64,000 nucleotides of DNA. Origin: the human T2T-CHM13v2.0 reference genome, Homo sapiens. Shown one piece after another: positions 25,152-38,900 of the stretch; within the stretch, counting starts at the first letter, position 1, and every line of letters begins with the position of its first letter. A program made the position numbers and the translations under genes. The stretch is from NCBI RefSeq assembly GCF_009914755.1, contig NC_060942.1, one strand, 5' to 3'. Below the pieces are notes generated by a model. That model worked only from the letters and a program-made list of their open reading frames with translations, searched no databases and was not told the origin of the DNA.

Positions 25152-25827
25152 GAATTCATACAAATTGCAGACTGCAGCGTTCTGAGAAACATCTTTGTGA
25201 TGTTTGTATTCAGGACACAGAGTTGAACATTCCCTATCATAGAGCAGGTTGGAATCACTCCTTTTGTAGTATCTGGAAGTGGACATTTGGAGCGCTTTCA
25301 GGCCTATGTTGGAAAAGGAAATATCTTCCCATAACAACTAGACAGAAGCATTCTCAGAAACTTATTTGAGATGTGTGTACTCAACTAAGAGAATTGAACC
25401 ACCGTTTTGAAGGAGCAGTTTTGAAACACTCTTTTTCTGGAATCTGCAAGTGGATATTTGGCTAGATTTGAGGATTTCGTTGGAAACGGGATTACATATA
25501 AAAAGCAGACAGCAGCAGTCTCAGAAAGTTCTTTGTGATGATTGCATTCAAGTCACAGAATTGAACATTCCCTTTCACAGAGCAGGTTTGAAACACTCTT
25601 TTTGTAGTGTGTGTAAGTGGACATTTGGAGCACTTTCCAGCCTAAGGTGAAAAAGGAAATATCTTCCCATAAAAACTAGACAGAAGCATTCTCAGAAACT
25701 TACTCGTGATGTGTGTCCTCAACTAAAGGTGTAGAACCTTTCTTTTCATAGAGAAGTTTTGAAACGCTCTTTTTGTGGAATCTGCAAGTGGATATTTGGC
25801 TAGTTTTGAGGATTTCGTTGGAAGCGG
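25152..25827 (+). repeat. Variant 4-mer HOR (676 bp) lacking the 12-mer-specific monomers
   Basis: EcoRI sites at 25152 and 25828. It contains a hybrid CTTATTTGAG.../...GGATTACATAT monomer. Confidence 0.85.
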
Positions 25828-28800
25828 GAATTCATACAAATTGCAGACTGCAGCGTTCTGAGAAATATCTTTGTGATGTTTGTATTCAGGACACAGAGTT
25901 GAACATTCCCTATCATAGAGCAGGTTGGAATCACTCCTTTTGTAGTATCTGGAAGTGGACATTTGGAGCGCTTTCAGGCCTATGTTGAAAAAGGAAATAT
26001 CTTCCCATAACAACTAGACACAAGCATTCTCAGAAACTTGTTTGTGATGTGTTCCCTCTACTGACACAGTTGAACCTTTCTTTTCATAGAGCAGTTTTGA
26101 AACACTCTTTTTGTAGAATCTGCAAGAGGATATTTGCATAGCTTTGAGGATTTCGTGGGAAACGGGATTGTCTTCAGGTAAAATCTAGACAGAAGCATTC
26201 TCAGAAACTTCTTTGGGATGTTTGCATTCAAGTCACAGAGTAGAACATTCCCTTTGGTAGAGCAGGTTTGAAACACTCTTTTTGTAGTATCTGGAAGTGG
26301 ACATTTGGAGCGCTTTCAGGCCCATGTTGGAAAGGGAAATATCTTCCCGTAACAACTAGGCAGAAGCATTCTCAGAAACATATTTGAGATGTGTGTACTC
26401 AACTAAGAGAATTGAACCACCGTTTTGAAGGAGCAGTTTTGAAACACTCTTTTTCTGGAATCTGCAAGAGTATATTTGCCTAGCCTTGAGGATTTCGTTG
26501 GAAACGGGATTGTCTTCAGATCAAATCTAGACAGAAGCATTCTCAGAAACTTCTTTGGGATGTTTGCATTCAAGTCACAGAGTAGAACATTCCCTTTGGT
26601 AGAGCAGGTTTGAAACAATCTTTTTTTAGTATATGGAAGTGGACATTTGGAGCGCTTTCAGGCCTACGTTGGAAAAGGAAATATCTTCCCATAACAACTA
26701 GACCGAAGCATTCTCAGAAACTAGTTTCTGATGTGTGTCCTCAACTAACACAGTTGTACATTTCTTTAGACAGAACAGTTATGAAACACTCTTTTTGTGG
26801 AATCTGCAAGTGGATATTTGGCTAGATTTGAGGATTTCGTTGGAAACGGGATTACATATAAAAAGCAGTCAGCAGCATTCTCAGATAGTTCTTTGTGATG
26901 ATTGCATTCAAGTCACAGAATTGAAAATTCCCTTTCACAGAGCAGGTTTGAAACACTCTTTTTGTAGTGTGTGTAAGTGGACATTTGGAGCGCTTTCTGG
27001 CCTAAGGTGAAAAAGGAAATATCTTCCCATAAAAACTAGACAGAAGCATTCTCAGAAACTTACTCGTGATGTGTGTCCTCAACTAAAGGAGTAGAACCTT
27101 TCTTTTCATAGAGAAGTTTTGAAACGCTCTTTTTGTGGAATCTGCAAGTGGATATTTGGCTAGTTTTGAGGATTTCGTTGGAAGCGGGAATTCATACAAA
27201 TTGCAGACTGCAGCGTTCTGAGAAACATCTTTGTGATGTTTGTATTCAGGACACAGAGATGAACATTCCCTATCATAGAGCAGGTTGGAATCACTCCTTT
27301 TGTAGTATCTGGAAGTGGACATTTGGAGCGCTTTCAGGCCTATGTTGAAAAAGGAAATATCTTCCCATAACAACTAGACACAAGCATTCTCAGAAACTTG
27401 TTTGTGATGTGTGCCCTCTACTGACAGAGTTGAACCTTTCTTTTCATAGAGCAGTTTTGAAACACTCTTTTTGTAGAATCTGCAAGAGGATATTTGCATA
27501 GATTTGAGGATTTCGTGGGAAACGGGATTGTCTTCAGGTAAAATCTAGACAGAAGCATTCTCAGAAACTTCTTTGGGATGTTTGCATTCAAGTCACAGAG
27601 TAGAACATTCCCTTTGGTAGAGCAGGTTTGAAACCCTCTTTTTGTAGTATCTGGAAGTGGACATTTGGAGCGCTTTCAAGCCCATGTTGGAAAGGGAAAT
27701 ATCTTCCCGTAACAACTAGGCAGAAGCATTCTCAGAAACTTATTTGAGATGTGTGTACTCAACTAAGAGAATTGAACCACCGTTTTGAAGGAGCAGTTTT
27801 GAAACACTCTTTTTCTGGAATCTGCAAGAGTATATTTGCCTAGCCTTGAGGATTTCGTTGGAAACGGGATTGTCTTCAGATAAAATCTAGACAGAAGCAT
27901 TCTCAGAAACTTCTTTGGGATGTTTGCATTCAAGTCACAGAGTAGAACATTCCCTTTGGTAGAGCAGGTTTGAAACACTCTTTTTTTAGTATATGGAAGT
28001 GGACATTTGGAGCGCTTTCAGGCCTACGTTGGAAAAGGAAATATCTTCCCATAACAACTAGACAGAAGCATTCTCAGAAACTAGTTTCTGATGTGTGTCC
28101 TCAACTAACACAGTTGAACTTTTCTTTACACAGAACAGTTTTGAAACACTCTTTTTGTGGAATCTGCAAGTGGATATTTGCCTAGATTTGAGGATTTCGT
28201 TGGAAACGGGATTACATATAAAAAGCAGACAGCAGCATTCTCAGAAAGTTCTTTGTGATGATTGCATTCAAGTCACAGAATTGAACATTCCCTTTCACAG
28301 AGCAGGTTTGAAACACTCTTTTTGTAGTGTGTGTAAGTGGACATTTGGAGCGCTTTCCGGCCTAAGGTAAAAAAGGAAATATCTTCCCATAAAAACTAGA
28401 CAGAAGCATTCTCAGAAACTTACTCGTGATGTGTGTCCTCAACTAAAGGAGTAGAACCTTTCTATTCATAGAGAAGTTTTCAAACGCTCTTTTTGTGGAA
28501 TCTCCAAGTGGATATTTGGCTAGTTTTGAGGATTTCGTTGGAAGCGGGAATTCATACAAATTGCAGACTGCAGCGTTATGAGAAACATCTTTGTGATGTT
28601 TGTATTCAGGACACAGAGATGAACATTCCCTATCATAGAGCAGGTTGGAATCACTCCTTTTGTAGTATCTGGAAGTGGACATTTGGAGCGCTTTCAGGCC
28701 TATGTTGAAAAAGGAAATATCTTCCCATAACAACTAGACACAAGTATTCTCAGAAACTTGTTTGTGATGTGTGCCCTCTACTGACAGAGTTGAACCTTTC

Positions 28801-29907
28801 TTTTCATAGAGCAGTTTTGAAACACTCTTTTTGTAGAATCTGCAAGAGGATATTTGCATAGCTTTGAGGATTTCGTGGGAAACGGGATTGTCTTCAGGTA
28901 AAATCTAGACAGAAGCATTCTCAGAAACTTCTTTGGGATGTTTGCATTCAAGTCACAGAGTAGAACATTCCCTTTGGTAGAGCAGGTTTGAAACACTCTT
29001 TTTGTAGTATCTGGAAGTGGACATTTGGAGCGCTTTCAGGCCCATGTTGGAAAGGGAAATATCTTCCCGTAACAACTAGGCAGAAGCATTCTCAGAAACT
29101 TATTTGAGATGTGTGTACTCAACTAAGAGAATTGAACCACCGTTTTGAAGGAGCAGTTTTGAAACACTCTTTTTCTGGATTCTGCAAGAATATATTTGCC
29201 TAGCCTTGAGGATTTCGTTGGAAACGGGATTGTCTTCAGATATAATCTAGACAGAAGCATTCTCAGAAACTTCTTTGGGATGTTTGCATTCAAGTCACAG
29301 AGTAGAACATTCTCTTTGGTAGAGCAGGTTTGAAACACTCTTTTTTTAGTATATGGAAGTGGACATTTGGAGCGCTTTCAGGCCTACTTTGGAAAAGGAA
29401 ATATCTTCCCATAACAACTAGACAGAAGCATTCTCAGAAACTAGTTTCTGATGTGTGTCCTCAACTAACACAGTTGTACATTTCTTTAGACAGAACAGTT
29501 TTGAAACACTCTTTTTGTGGAATCTGCAAGTGGATATTTGGCTAGATTTGAGGATTTCGTTGGAAACGGGATTACATATAAAAAGCAGTCAGCAGCATTC
29601 TCAGAAAGTTCTTTGTGATGATTGTATTCAAGTCACAGAATTGAACATTCTCTTTCACAGAGCAGGTTTGAAACACACTTTTTGTAGTATGTGTAAGTGG
29701 ACATTTGGAGCGCTTTCCGGCCTAAGGTGAAAAAGGAAATATCTTCCCATAAAAACTAGACAGAAGCATTCTCAGAAACTTACTCGTGATGTGTGTCCTC
29801 AACTAAAGGAGTAGAACCTTTCTTTTCATAGAGAAGTTTTGAAACGCTCTTTTTGTGGAATCTGCAAGTGGATATTTGGCTAGTTTTGAGGATTTCGTTG
29901 GAAGCGG

Positions 29908-32900
29908 GAATTCATACAAATTGCAGACTGCAGCGTTCTGAGAAACATCTTTGTGATGTTTGTATTCAGGACACAGAGTTGAACATTCCCTATCATAGAG
30001 CAGGTTTGAATCACTCCTTTTGTAGTATCTGGAAGTGGACATTTGGAGCGCTTTCAGGCCTATGTTGGAAAAGGAAATATCTTCCCATAACAACTAGACA
30101 GAAGCATTCTCGGAAAGTTATTTGAGATGTGTGTACTCAACTAAGAGAATTGAACCACCGTTTTGAAGGTGCAGTTTTGAAACACTCTTTTTCTGGAATC
30201 TGCAAGTGGATATTTGGCTAGCTTTGGGGATTTCGCTGGAAGCGGGAATACATATAAAAAGCACACAGCAGCGTTCTGAGAAACTGCTTTCTGATGTTTG
30301 CATTCAAGTCAAATTTGAATACTCCCTTTCATAGAGCAGTCTTGAAACACTCCTTTTGTAGTATCTGGAACTGGACATTTCGGGCGCTTTCAGGGCTAAG
30401 GTGAAAAAGAAAATATCTTCCCATAAAAACTGGACAGAAGCATTCTGAGAAACTTGTTTATGCTGTATCTACTCAACTAACAAATTTGAACCTTTCTTTT
30501 GATAGAGCAGTTTTGAAATGGTCTTTTTGTGGAATCTGCAAGTGGATATTTGGCTAGTTTTGAGGATTTCGTTGGAAGCGGGAATTCATACAAATTGCAC
30601 ACTGCAGCGTTCTGAGAAACATCTTTGTGATGTTTGTATTCAGGACACAGAGTTGAACATTCCCTATCATAGAGCAGGTTGGAATCACTCCTTTTGTAGT
30701 ATCTGGAAGTGGACATTTGGAGCGCTTTCAGGCCTATTTTGGAAAGGGAAATATCTTCCCATAACAACTATGCAGAAGCATTCTCAGAAACTTGTTTGTG
30801 ATGTGTGCCCTCTACTGACAGAGTTGAACCTTTCTTTTCATAGAGCAGTTTTGAAACACTCTTTTTGTAGAATCTGCAAGAGGATATTTGCATAGCTTTG
30901 AGGATTTCGTGGGAAACGGGATTGTCTTCAGGTAAAATCTAGACAGAAGCATTCTCAGAAACTTCTTTGGGATGTTTGCATTCAAGTCACAGAGTAGAAC
31001 ATTCCCTTTGGTAGAGCAGGTTTGAAACACTCTTTTTGTAGTATCTGGAAGTGGACATATGGAGCGCTTTCAGGCTCATGTTGGAAAGGGAAATATCTTC
31101 CCTTAACAACTAGGCAGAAGCATTCTCAGAAACTTATTTGAGATGTGTGTACTCAACTAAGAGAATTGAACCACCGTTTTGAAGGAGCAGTTTTGAAACA
31201 CTCTTTTTCTGGATTCTGCAAGAATATATTTGCCTAGCCTTGAGGATTTCGTTGGAAACTGGATTGTCTTCAGATAAAATCTAGACAGAAGCATTCTCAA
31301 AAACTTCTTTGGGATGTTTGCATTCAAGTCACAGAGTAGAACATTCTCTTTGGTAGAGCAGGTTTGAAACACTCTTTTTTTAGTATATGGAAGTGGACAT
31401 TTGGAGCGCTTTCAGGCCTACGTTGGAAAAGGAAATATCTTCCCATAAGAACTAGACAGAAGCATTCTCAGAAACTAGTTTCTGATGTGTGTCCTCAACT
31501 AACACAGTTGTACATTTCTTTAGACAGAACAGTTTTGAAACACTCTTTTTGTGGAATCTGCAAGAGGATATTTGGCTAGATTTGAGGATTTCGTTGGAAA
31601 CGGGATTACATATAAAAAGCAGACAGCAGCATTCTCAGAAAGTTCTTTGTGATGATTGTATTCAAGTCACAGAATTGAACATTCCCTTTCACAGAGCAGG
31701 TTTGAAACACTCTTTTTGTAGTATGTGTAAGTGGACATTTGGAGCCCTTCTGGCCTAAGGTGAAAAAGGAAATATCTTCCCATAAAAACTAGACAGAAGC
31801 ATTCTCAGAAACTTACTCGTGATGTGTGTCCTCAACTAAAGGAGTAGAACCTTTCTTTTCATAGAGAAGTTTTGAAACGCTCTTTTTGTGGAATCTGCAA
31901 GTGGATATTTGGCTAGTTTTGAGGATTTCGTTGGAAGCGGGAATTCATACAAATTGCAGACTGCAGCGTTCTGAGAAACATCTTTGTGATGTTTGTATTC
32001 AGGACACAGAGTTGAACATTCCCTATCATAGAGCAGGTTTGAATCACTCCTTTTGTAGTATCTGGAAGTGGACATTTGGAGCGCTTTCAGGCCTATGTTG
32101 GAAAAGGAAATATCTTCCCATAACAACTAGACAGAAGCATTCTCAGAAACTTATTTGAGATGGGTGTACTCAACTAAGAGAATTGAACCACCGTTTTCAA
32201 GGAGCAGTTTTGAAACGCTCTTTTTCTGGAATCTGCAAGTGGATATTTGGCTAGCTTTGGGGATTTCGCTGGAAGCGGGAATACATATAAAAAACACACA
32301 GCAGCGTTCTGAGAAACTGCTTTCTGATGTTTGCATTCAAATCAAAAGTTGAACACTCCCTTTCATACAGCAGTCTTGAAACACCCCTTTTGTAGTATCT
32401 GGAACTGGACATTTGGGGCGCTTTCAGGGCTAAGGTGAAAAAGGAAATATCTTCCCATAAAAACTGGACAGAAGCATTCTCAGAAACTTGTTTATGCTGT
32501 ATCTACTCAACTAACAAAGTTGAACCTTTCTTTTGATAGAGCAGTTTTGAAATGCTCTTTTTGTGGAATCTGCAAGTGGATATTTGGCTAGTTTTGAGGA
32601 TTTCGTTGGAAGCGGGAATTCATACAAATTGCAGACTGCAGCGTTCTGAGAAACATCTTTGTGATGTTTGTATTCAGGACACAGAGTTGAACATTCCCTA
32701 TCATAGAGCAGGTTGGAATCACTCCTTTTGTAGTATCTGGAAGTGGACATTTGGAGCGCTTTCAGGCCTATGTTAAAAAAGGAAATATCTTCCCATAACA
32801 ACTAGACACAAGCATTCTCAGAAACTTGTTTGTGATGTGTGCCCTCTACTGACAGAGTTGAACCTTTCTTTTCATAGAGCAGTTTTGAAACACTCTTTTT

Positions 32901-35900
32901 GTAGAATCTGCAAGAGGATATTTGCATAGCTTTGAGGATTTCGTGGGAAACGGGATTGTCTTCAGGTAAAATCTAGACAGAAGCATTCTCAGAAACTTCT
33001 TTGGGATGTTTGCATTCAAGTCACAGAGTAGAACATTCCCTTTGGTAGAGCAGGTTTGAAACACTCTTTTTGTAGTATCTGGAAGTGGACATTTGGAGCG
33101 CTTTCAGGCCCATGATGGAAAGGGAAATATCTTCCCGTAACAACTAGGCAGAAGCATTCTCAGAAACTTATTTGAGATGTGTGTACTCAACTAAGAGAAT
33201 TGAACCACCGTTTTGAAGGAGCAGTTTTGAAACACTCTTTTTCTGGAATCTGCAAGAGTATATCTTCCTAGCTTTGTGGATTTCGTTGGAAACGGGATTG
33301 TCTTCAGATAAAATCTAGACAGAAGCATTCTCAGAAACTTCTTTGGGATGTTTGCATTCAAGTCACAGAGTAGAACATTCCCTTTGGTAGAGCAGGTTTG
33401 AAACACTCTTTTTTTAGTATATGGAAGTGGACATTTTGATCGCTTTCAGGCCTACGTTGGAAAAGGAAATATCTTCCCATAACAACTAGACAGAAGCATT
33501 CTCAGAAACTAGTTTCTGATGTGTGTCCTCAACTAACACAGTTGAACATTTCTTTAGACAGAACAGTTTTGAAACACTCTTTTTGTGGAATCTGCAAGTG
33601 GCTATTTGGCTAGATTTGAGGATTTCGTTGGAAACGGGATTACATATAAAAAGCAGTCAGCAGCATTCTCAGAAAGTTCTTTGTGATGATTGCATTCAAG
33701 TCACAGAATTGAACATTCCCTTTCACAGAGCAGGTTTGAAACACTCTTTTTGTAGTGTGTGTAAGTGGACATTTGGAGCACTTACCGGCCTAAGGTGAAA
33801 AAGGAAATATCTTCCCATAAAAACTAGACAGAAGCATTCTCAGAAACTTACTCGTGATGTGTGTCCTCAACTAAAGGTGTAGAACCTTTCTTTTCATAGA
33901 GAAGTTTTGAAACGCTCTTTTTGTGGAATCTGCAAGTGGATATTTGGCTAGTTTTGAGGATTTCGTTGGAAGCGGGAATTCATACAAATTGCAGACTGCA
34001 GCGTTCTGAGAAACATCTTTGTGATGTTTGTATTCAGGACACAGAGTTGAACATTCCCTATCATAGAGCAGGTTTGAATCACTCCTTTTGTAGTATCTGG
34101 AAGTGGACATTTGGAGCGCTTTCAGGCCTATGTTGGAAAAGGAAATATCTTCCCATAACAACTAGACAGAAGCATTCTCAGAAACTTATTTGAGATGTGT
34201 GTACTCAACTAAGAGAATTGAACCACCGTTTTGAAGGAGCAGTTTTGAAGCACTCTTTTTCTGGAATCTGCAAGTGGATATTTGGCTAGCTTTGGGGATT
34301 TCGCTGGAAGCGGGAATACATATAAAAAGCACACAGCAGCGTTCTGAGAAACTGCTTTCTGATGTTTGCATTCAAGTCAAAAGTTGAACACTCCCTTTCA
34401 TAGAGCAGTCTTGAAACACCCCTTTTGTAGTATCTGGAACTGGACTTTTGGAGCGATTTCAGGGCTAAGGTGAAAAAGGAAATATCTTCCCATAAAAACT
34501 GGACAGAAGCATTCTCAGAAACTTGTTTATGCTGTATCTACTCAACTAACAAAGTTGAACCTTTCTTTTGATAGAGCAGTTTTGAAATGGTCTTTTTGTG
34601 GAATCTGCAAGTGGATATTTGGCTAGTTTTGAGGATTTCGTTGGAAGCGGGAATTCATACAAATTGCAGACTGCAGCGTTCTGAGAAACATCTTTGTGAT
34701 GTTTTTATTCAGGACACAGAGTTGAACATTCCCTGTCCTAGAGCAGGTTGGAATCACTCCTTTTGTAGTATCTGGAAGTGGACATTTGGAGCGCTTTCAG
34801 GCCTATTTTGGAAAGGGAAATATCTTCCCATAACAACTATGCAGAAGCATTCTCAGAAACTTGTTTGTGATGTGTGCCCTCTACTGACAGAGTTGAACCT
34901 TTCTTTTCATAGAGCAGTTTTGAAACACTCTTTTTGTAGAATCTGCAAGAGGATATTTGCATAGCTTTGAGGATTTCGTGGGAAACGGGATTGTCTTCAG
35001 GTAAAATCTAGACAGAAGCATTCTCAGAAACTTCTTTGGGATGTTTGCATTCAAGTCACAGAGTAGAACATTCCCTTTGGTAGAGCAGGTTTGAAACCCT
35101 CTTTTTGTAGTATCTGGAAGTGGACATTTGGAGCGCTTTCAAGCCCATGTTGGAAAGGGAAATATCTTCCCGTAACAACTAGGCAGAAGCATTCTCAGAA
35201 ACTTATTTGAGATGTGTGTACTCAACTAAGAGAATTGAACCACCGTTTTGAAGGAGCAGTTTTGAAACACTCTTTTTCTGGAATCTGCAAGAGTATATTT
35301 GCCTAGCCTTGAGGATTTCGTTGGAAACGGGATTGTCTTCAGATAAAATCTAGACAGAAGCATTCTCAGAAACTTCTTTGGGATGTTTGCATTCAAGTCA
35401 CAGAGTAGAACATTCCCTTTGGTAGAGCAGGTTTGAAACACTCTTTTTTTAGTATATGGAAGTGGACATTTGGAGCGCTTTCAGGCCTACGTTGGAAAAG
35501 GAAATATCTTCCCATAACAACTAGACAGAAGCATTCTCAGAAACTAGTTTCTGATGTGTGTCCTCAACTAACACAGTTGAACTTTTCTTTAGACAGAACA
35601 GTTTTGAAACACTCTTTTTGTGGAATCTGCAAGTGGATATTTGCCTAGATTTGAGGATTTCGTTGGAAACGGGATTACATATAAAAAGCAGACAGCAGCA
35701 TTCTCAGAAAGTTCTTTGTGATGATTGCATTCAAGTCACAGAATTGAACATTCCCTTTCACAGAGCAGGTTTGAAACACTCTTTTTGTAGTATGTGTAAG
35801 TGGACATTTGGAGCCCTTCTGGCCTAAGGTGAAAAAGGAAATATCTTCCCATAAAAACTAGACAGAAGCATTCTCAGAAACTTACTCGTGATGTGTGTCC

Positions 35901-38900
35901 TCAACTAAAGGAGTAGAACCTTTCTTTTCATAGAGAAGTTTTGAAACGCTCTTTTTGTGGAATCTGCAAGTGGATATTTGGCTAGTTTTGAGGATTTCGT
36001 TGGAAGCGGGAATTCATACAAATTGCAGACTGCAGCGTTCTGAGAAACATCTTTGTGATGTTTGTATTCAGGACACAGAGTTGAACATTCCCTATCATAG
36101 AGCAGGTTTGAATCACTCCTTTTGTAGTATCTGGAAGTGGACATTTGGAGCGCTTTCAGGCCTATGTTGGAAAAGGAAATATCTTCCCATAACAACTAGA
36201 CAGAAGCATTCTCAGAAACTTATTTGAGATGGGTGTACTCAACTAAGAGAATTGAACCACCGTTTTCAAGGAGCAGTTTTGAAACGCTCTTTTTCTGGAA
36301 TCTGCAAGTGGATATTTGGCTAGCTTTGGGGATTTCGCTGGAAGCGGGAATACATATAAAAAACACACAGCAGCGTTCTGAGAAACTGCTTTCTGATGTT
36401 TGCATTCAAATCAAAAGTTGAACACTCCCTTTCATAGAGCAGTCTTGAAACACCCCTTTTGTAGTATCTGGAACTGGACATTTGGGGCGCTTTCAGGGCT
36501 AAGGTGAAAAAGGAAATATCTTCCCATAAAAACTGGACAGAAGCATTCTCAGAAACTTGTTTATGCTGTATCTACTCAACTAACAAAGTTGAACCTTTCT
36601 TTTGATAGAGCAGTTTTGAAATGCTCTTTTTGTGGAATCTGCAAGTGGATATTTGGCTAGTTTTGAGGATTTCGTTGGAAGCGGGAATTCATACAAATTG
36701 CAGACTGCAGCGTTCTGAGAAACATCTTTGTGATGTTTGTATTCAGGACACAGAGTTGAACATTCCCTATCATAGAGCAGGTTGGAATCACTCCTTTTGT
36801 AGTATCTGGAAGTGGACATTTGGAGCGCTTTCAGGCCTATGTTAAAAAAGGAAATATCTTCCCATAACAACTAGACACAAGCATTCTCAGAAACTTGTTT
36901 GTGATGTGTGCCCTCTACTGACAGAGTTGAACCTTTCTTTTCATAGAGCAGTTTTGAAACACTCTTTTTGTAGAATCTGCAAGAGGATATTTGCATAGCT
37001 TTGAGGATTTCGTGGGAAACGGGATTGTCTTCAGGTAAAATCTAGACAGAAGCATTCTCAGAAACTTCTTTGGGATGTTTGCATTCAAGTCACAGAGTAG
37101 AACATTCCCTTTGGTAGAGCAGGTTTGAAACACTCTTTTTGTAGTATCTGGAAGTGGACATATGGAGCGCTTTCAGGCTCATGTTGGAAAGGGAAATATC
37201 TTCCCTTAACAACTAGGCAGAAGCATTCTCAGAAACTTATTTGAGATGTGTGTACTCAACTAAGAGAATTGAACCACCGTTTTGAAGGAGCAGTTTTGAA
37301 ACACTCTTTTTCTGGATTCTGCAAGAATATATTTGCCTAGCCTTGAGGATTTCGTTGGAAACTGGATTGTCTTCAGATAAAATCTAGACAGAAGCATTCT
37401 CAGAAACTTCTTTGGGATGTTTGCATTCAAGTCACAGAGTAGAACATTCCCTTTGGTAGAGCAGGTTTGAAACACTCTTTTTTTAGTATATGGAAGTGGA
37501 CATTTTGATCGCTTTCAGGCCTACGTTGGAAAAGGAATTATCTTCCCATAACAACTAGACAGAAGCATTCTCAGAAACTAGTTTCTGATGTGTGTCCTCA
37601 ACTAACACAGTTGAACATTTCTTTAGACAGAACAGTTTTGAAACACTCTTTTTGTGGAATCTGCAAGTGGCTATTTGGCTAGATTTGAGGATTTCGTTGG
37701 AAACGGGATTACATATAAAAAGCAGTCAGCAGCATTCTCAGAAAGTTCTTTGTGATGATTGCATTCAAGTCACAGAATTGAACATTCCCTTTCACAGAGC
37801 AGGTTTGAAACACTCTTTTTGTAGTGTGTGTAAGTGGACATTTGGAGCACTTACCGGCCTAAGGTGAAAAAGGAAATATCTTCCCATAAAAACTAGACAG
37901 AAGCATTCTCAGAAACTTACTCGTGATGTGTGTCCTCAACTAAAGGAGTAGAACCTTTCTTTTCATAGAGAAGTTTTGAAACGCTCTTTTTGTGGAATCT
38001 GCAAGTGGATATTTGGCTAGTTTTGAGGATTTTGTTGGAAGCGGGAATTCATACAAATTGCAGACTGCAGCGTTCTGAGAAACATCTTTGTGATGTTTGT
38101 ATTCAGGACACAGAGTTGAACATTCCCTATCATAGAGCAGGTTTGAATCACTCCTTTTGTAGTATCTGGAAGTGGACATTTGGAGCGCTTTCAGGCCTAT
38201 GTTGGAAAAGGAAATATCTTCCCATAACAACTAGACAGAAGCATTCTCAGAAACTTATTTGAGATGTGTGTACTCAACTAAGAGAATTGAACCACCGTTT
38301 TGAAGGAGCAGTTTTGAAACACTCTTTTTCTGGAATCTGCAAGTGGATATTTGGCTAGCTTTGGGGATTTCGCTGGAAGCGGGAATACATATAAAAAGCA
38401 CACAGCAGCGTTCTGAGAAACTGCTTTCTGATGTTTGCATTCAAGTCAAAAGTTGAACACTCCCTTTCATAGAGCAGTCTTGAAACACCCCTTTTGTAGT
38501 ATCTGGAACTGGACTTTTGGAGCGATTTTAGGGCTAAGGTGAAAAAGGAAATATCTTCCCAGAAAAACTGGACAGAAGCATTCTCAGAAACTTGTTTATG
38601 CTGTATCTACTCAACTAACAAAGTTGAACCTTTCTTTTGATAGAGCAGTTTTGAAATGGTCTTTTTGTGGAATCTGCAAGTGGATATTTGGCTAGTTTTG
38701 AGGATTTCGTTGGAAGCGGGAATTCATACAAATTGCAGACTGCAGCGTTCTGAGAAACATCTTTGTGATGTTTGTATTCAGGACACAGAGTTGAACATTC
38801 CCTATCATAGAGCAGGTTGGAATCACTCCTTTTGTAGTATCTGGAAGTGGACATTTGGAGCGCTTTCAGGCCTATGTTGAAAAAGGAAATATCTTCCCAT

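Larger units (their letters stand above)
1..29907 (+). repeat. 8-mer-dominated domain with no canonical 12-mer
   Basis: The 12-mer-specific sequence GGGATTTCGCTGGAAGCGGGAATACAT...GAAACTGCTTTCTG first appears near 30226. Units before it are 8-mers or 8-mer-derived length variants. Confidence 0.88.
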
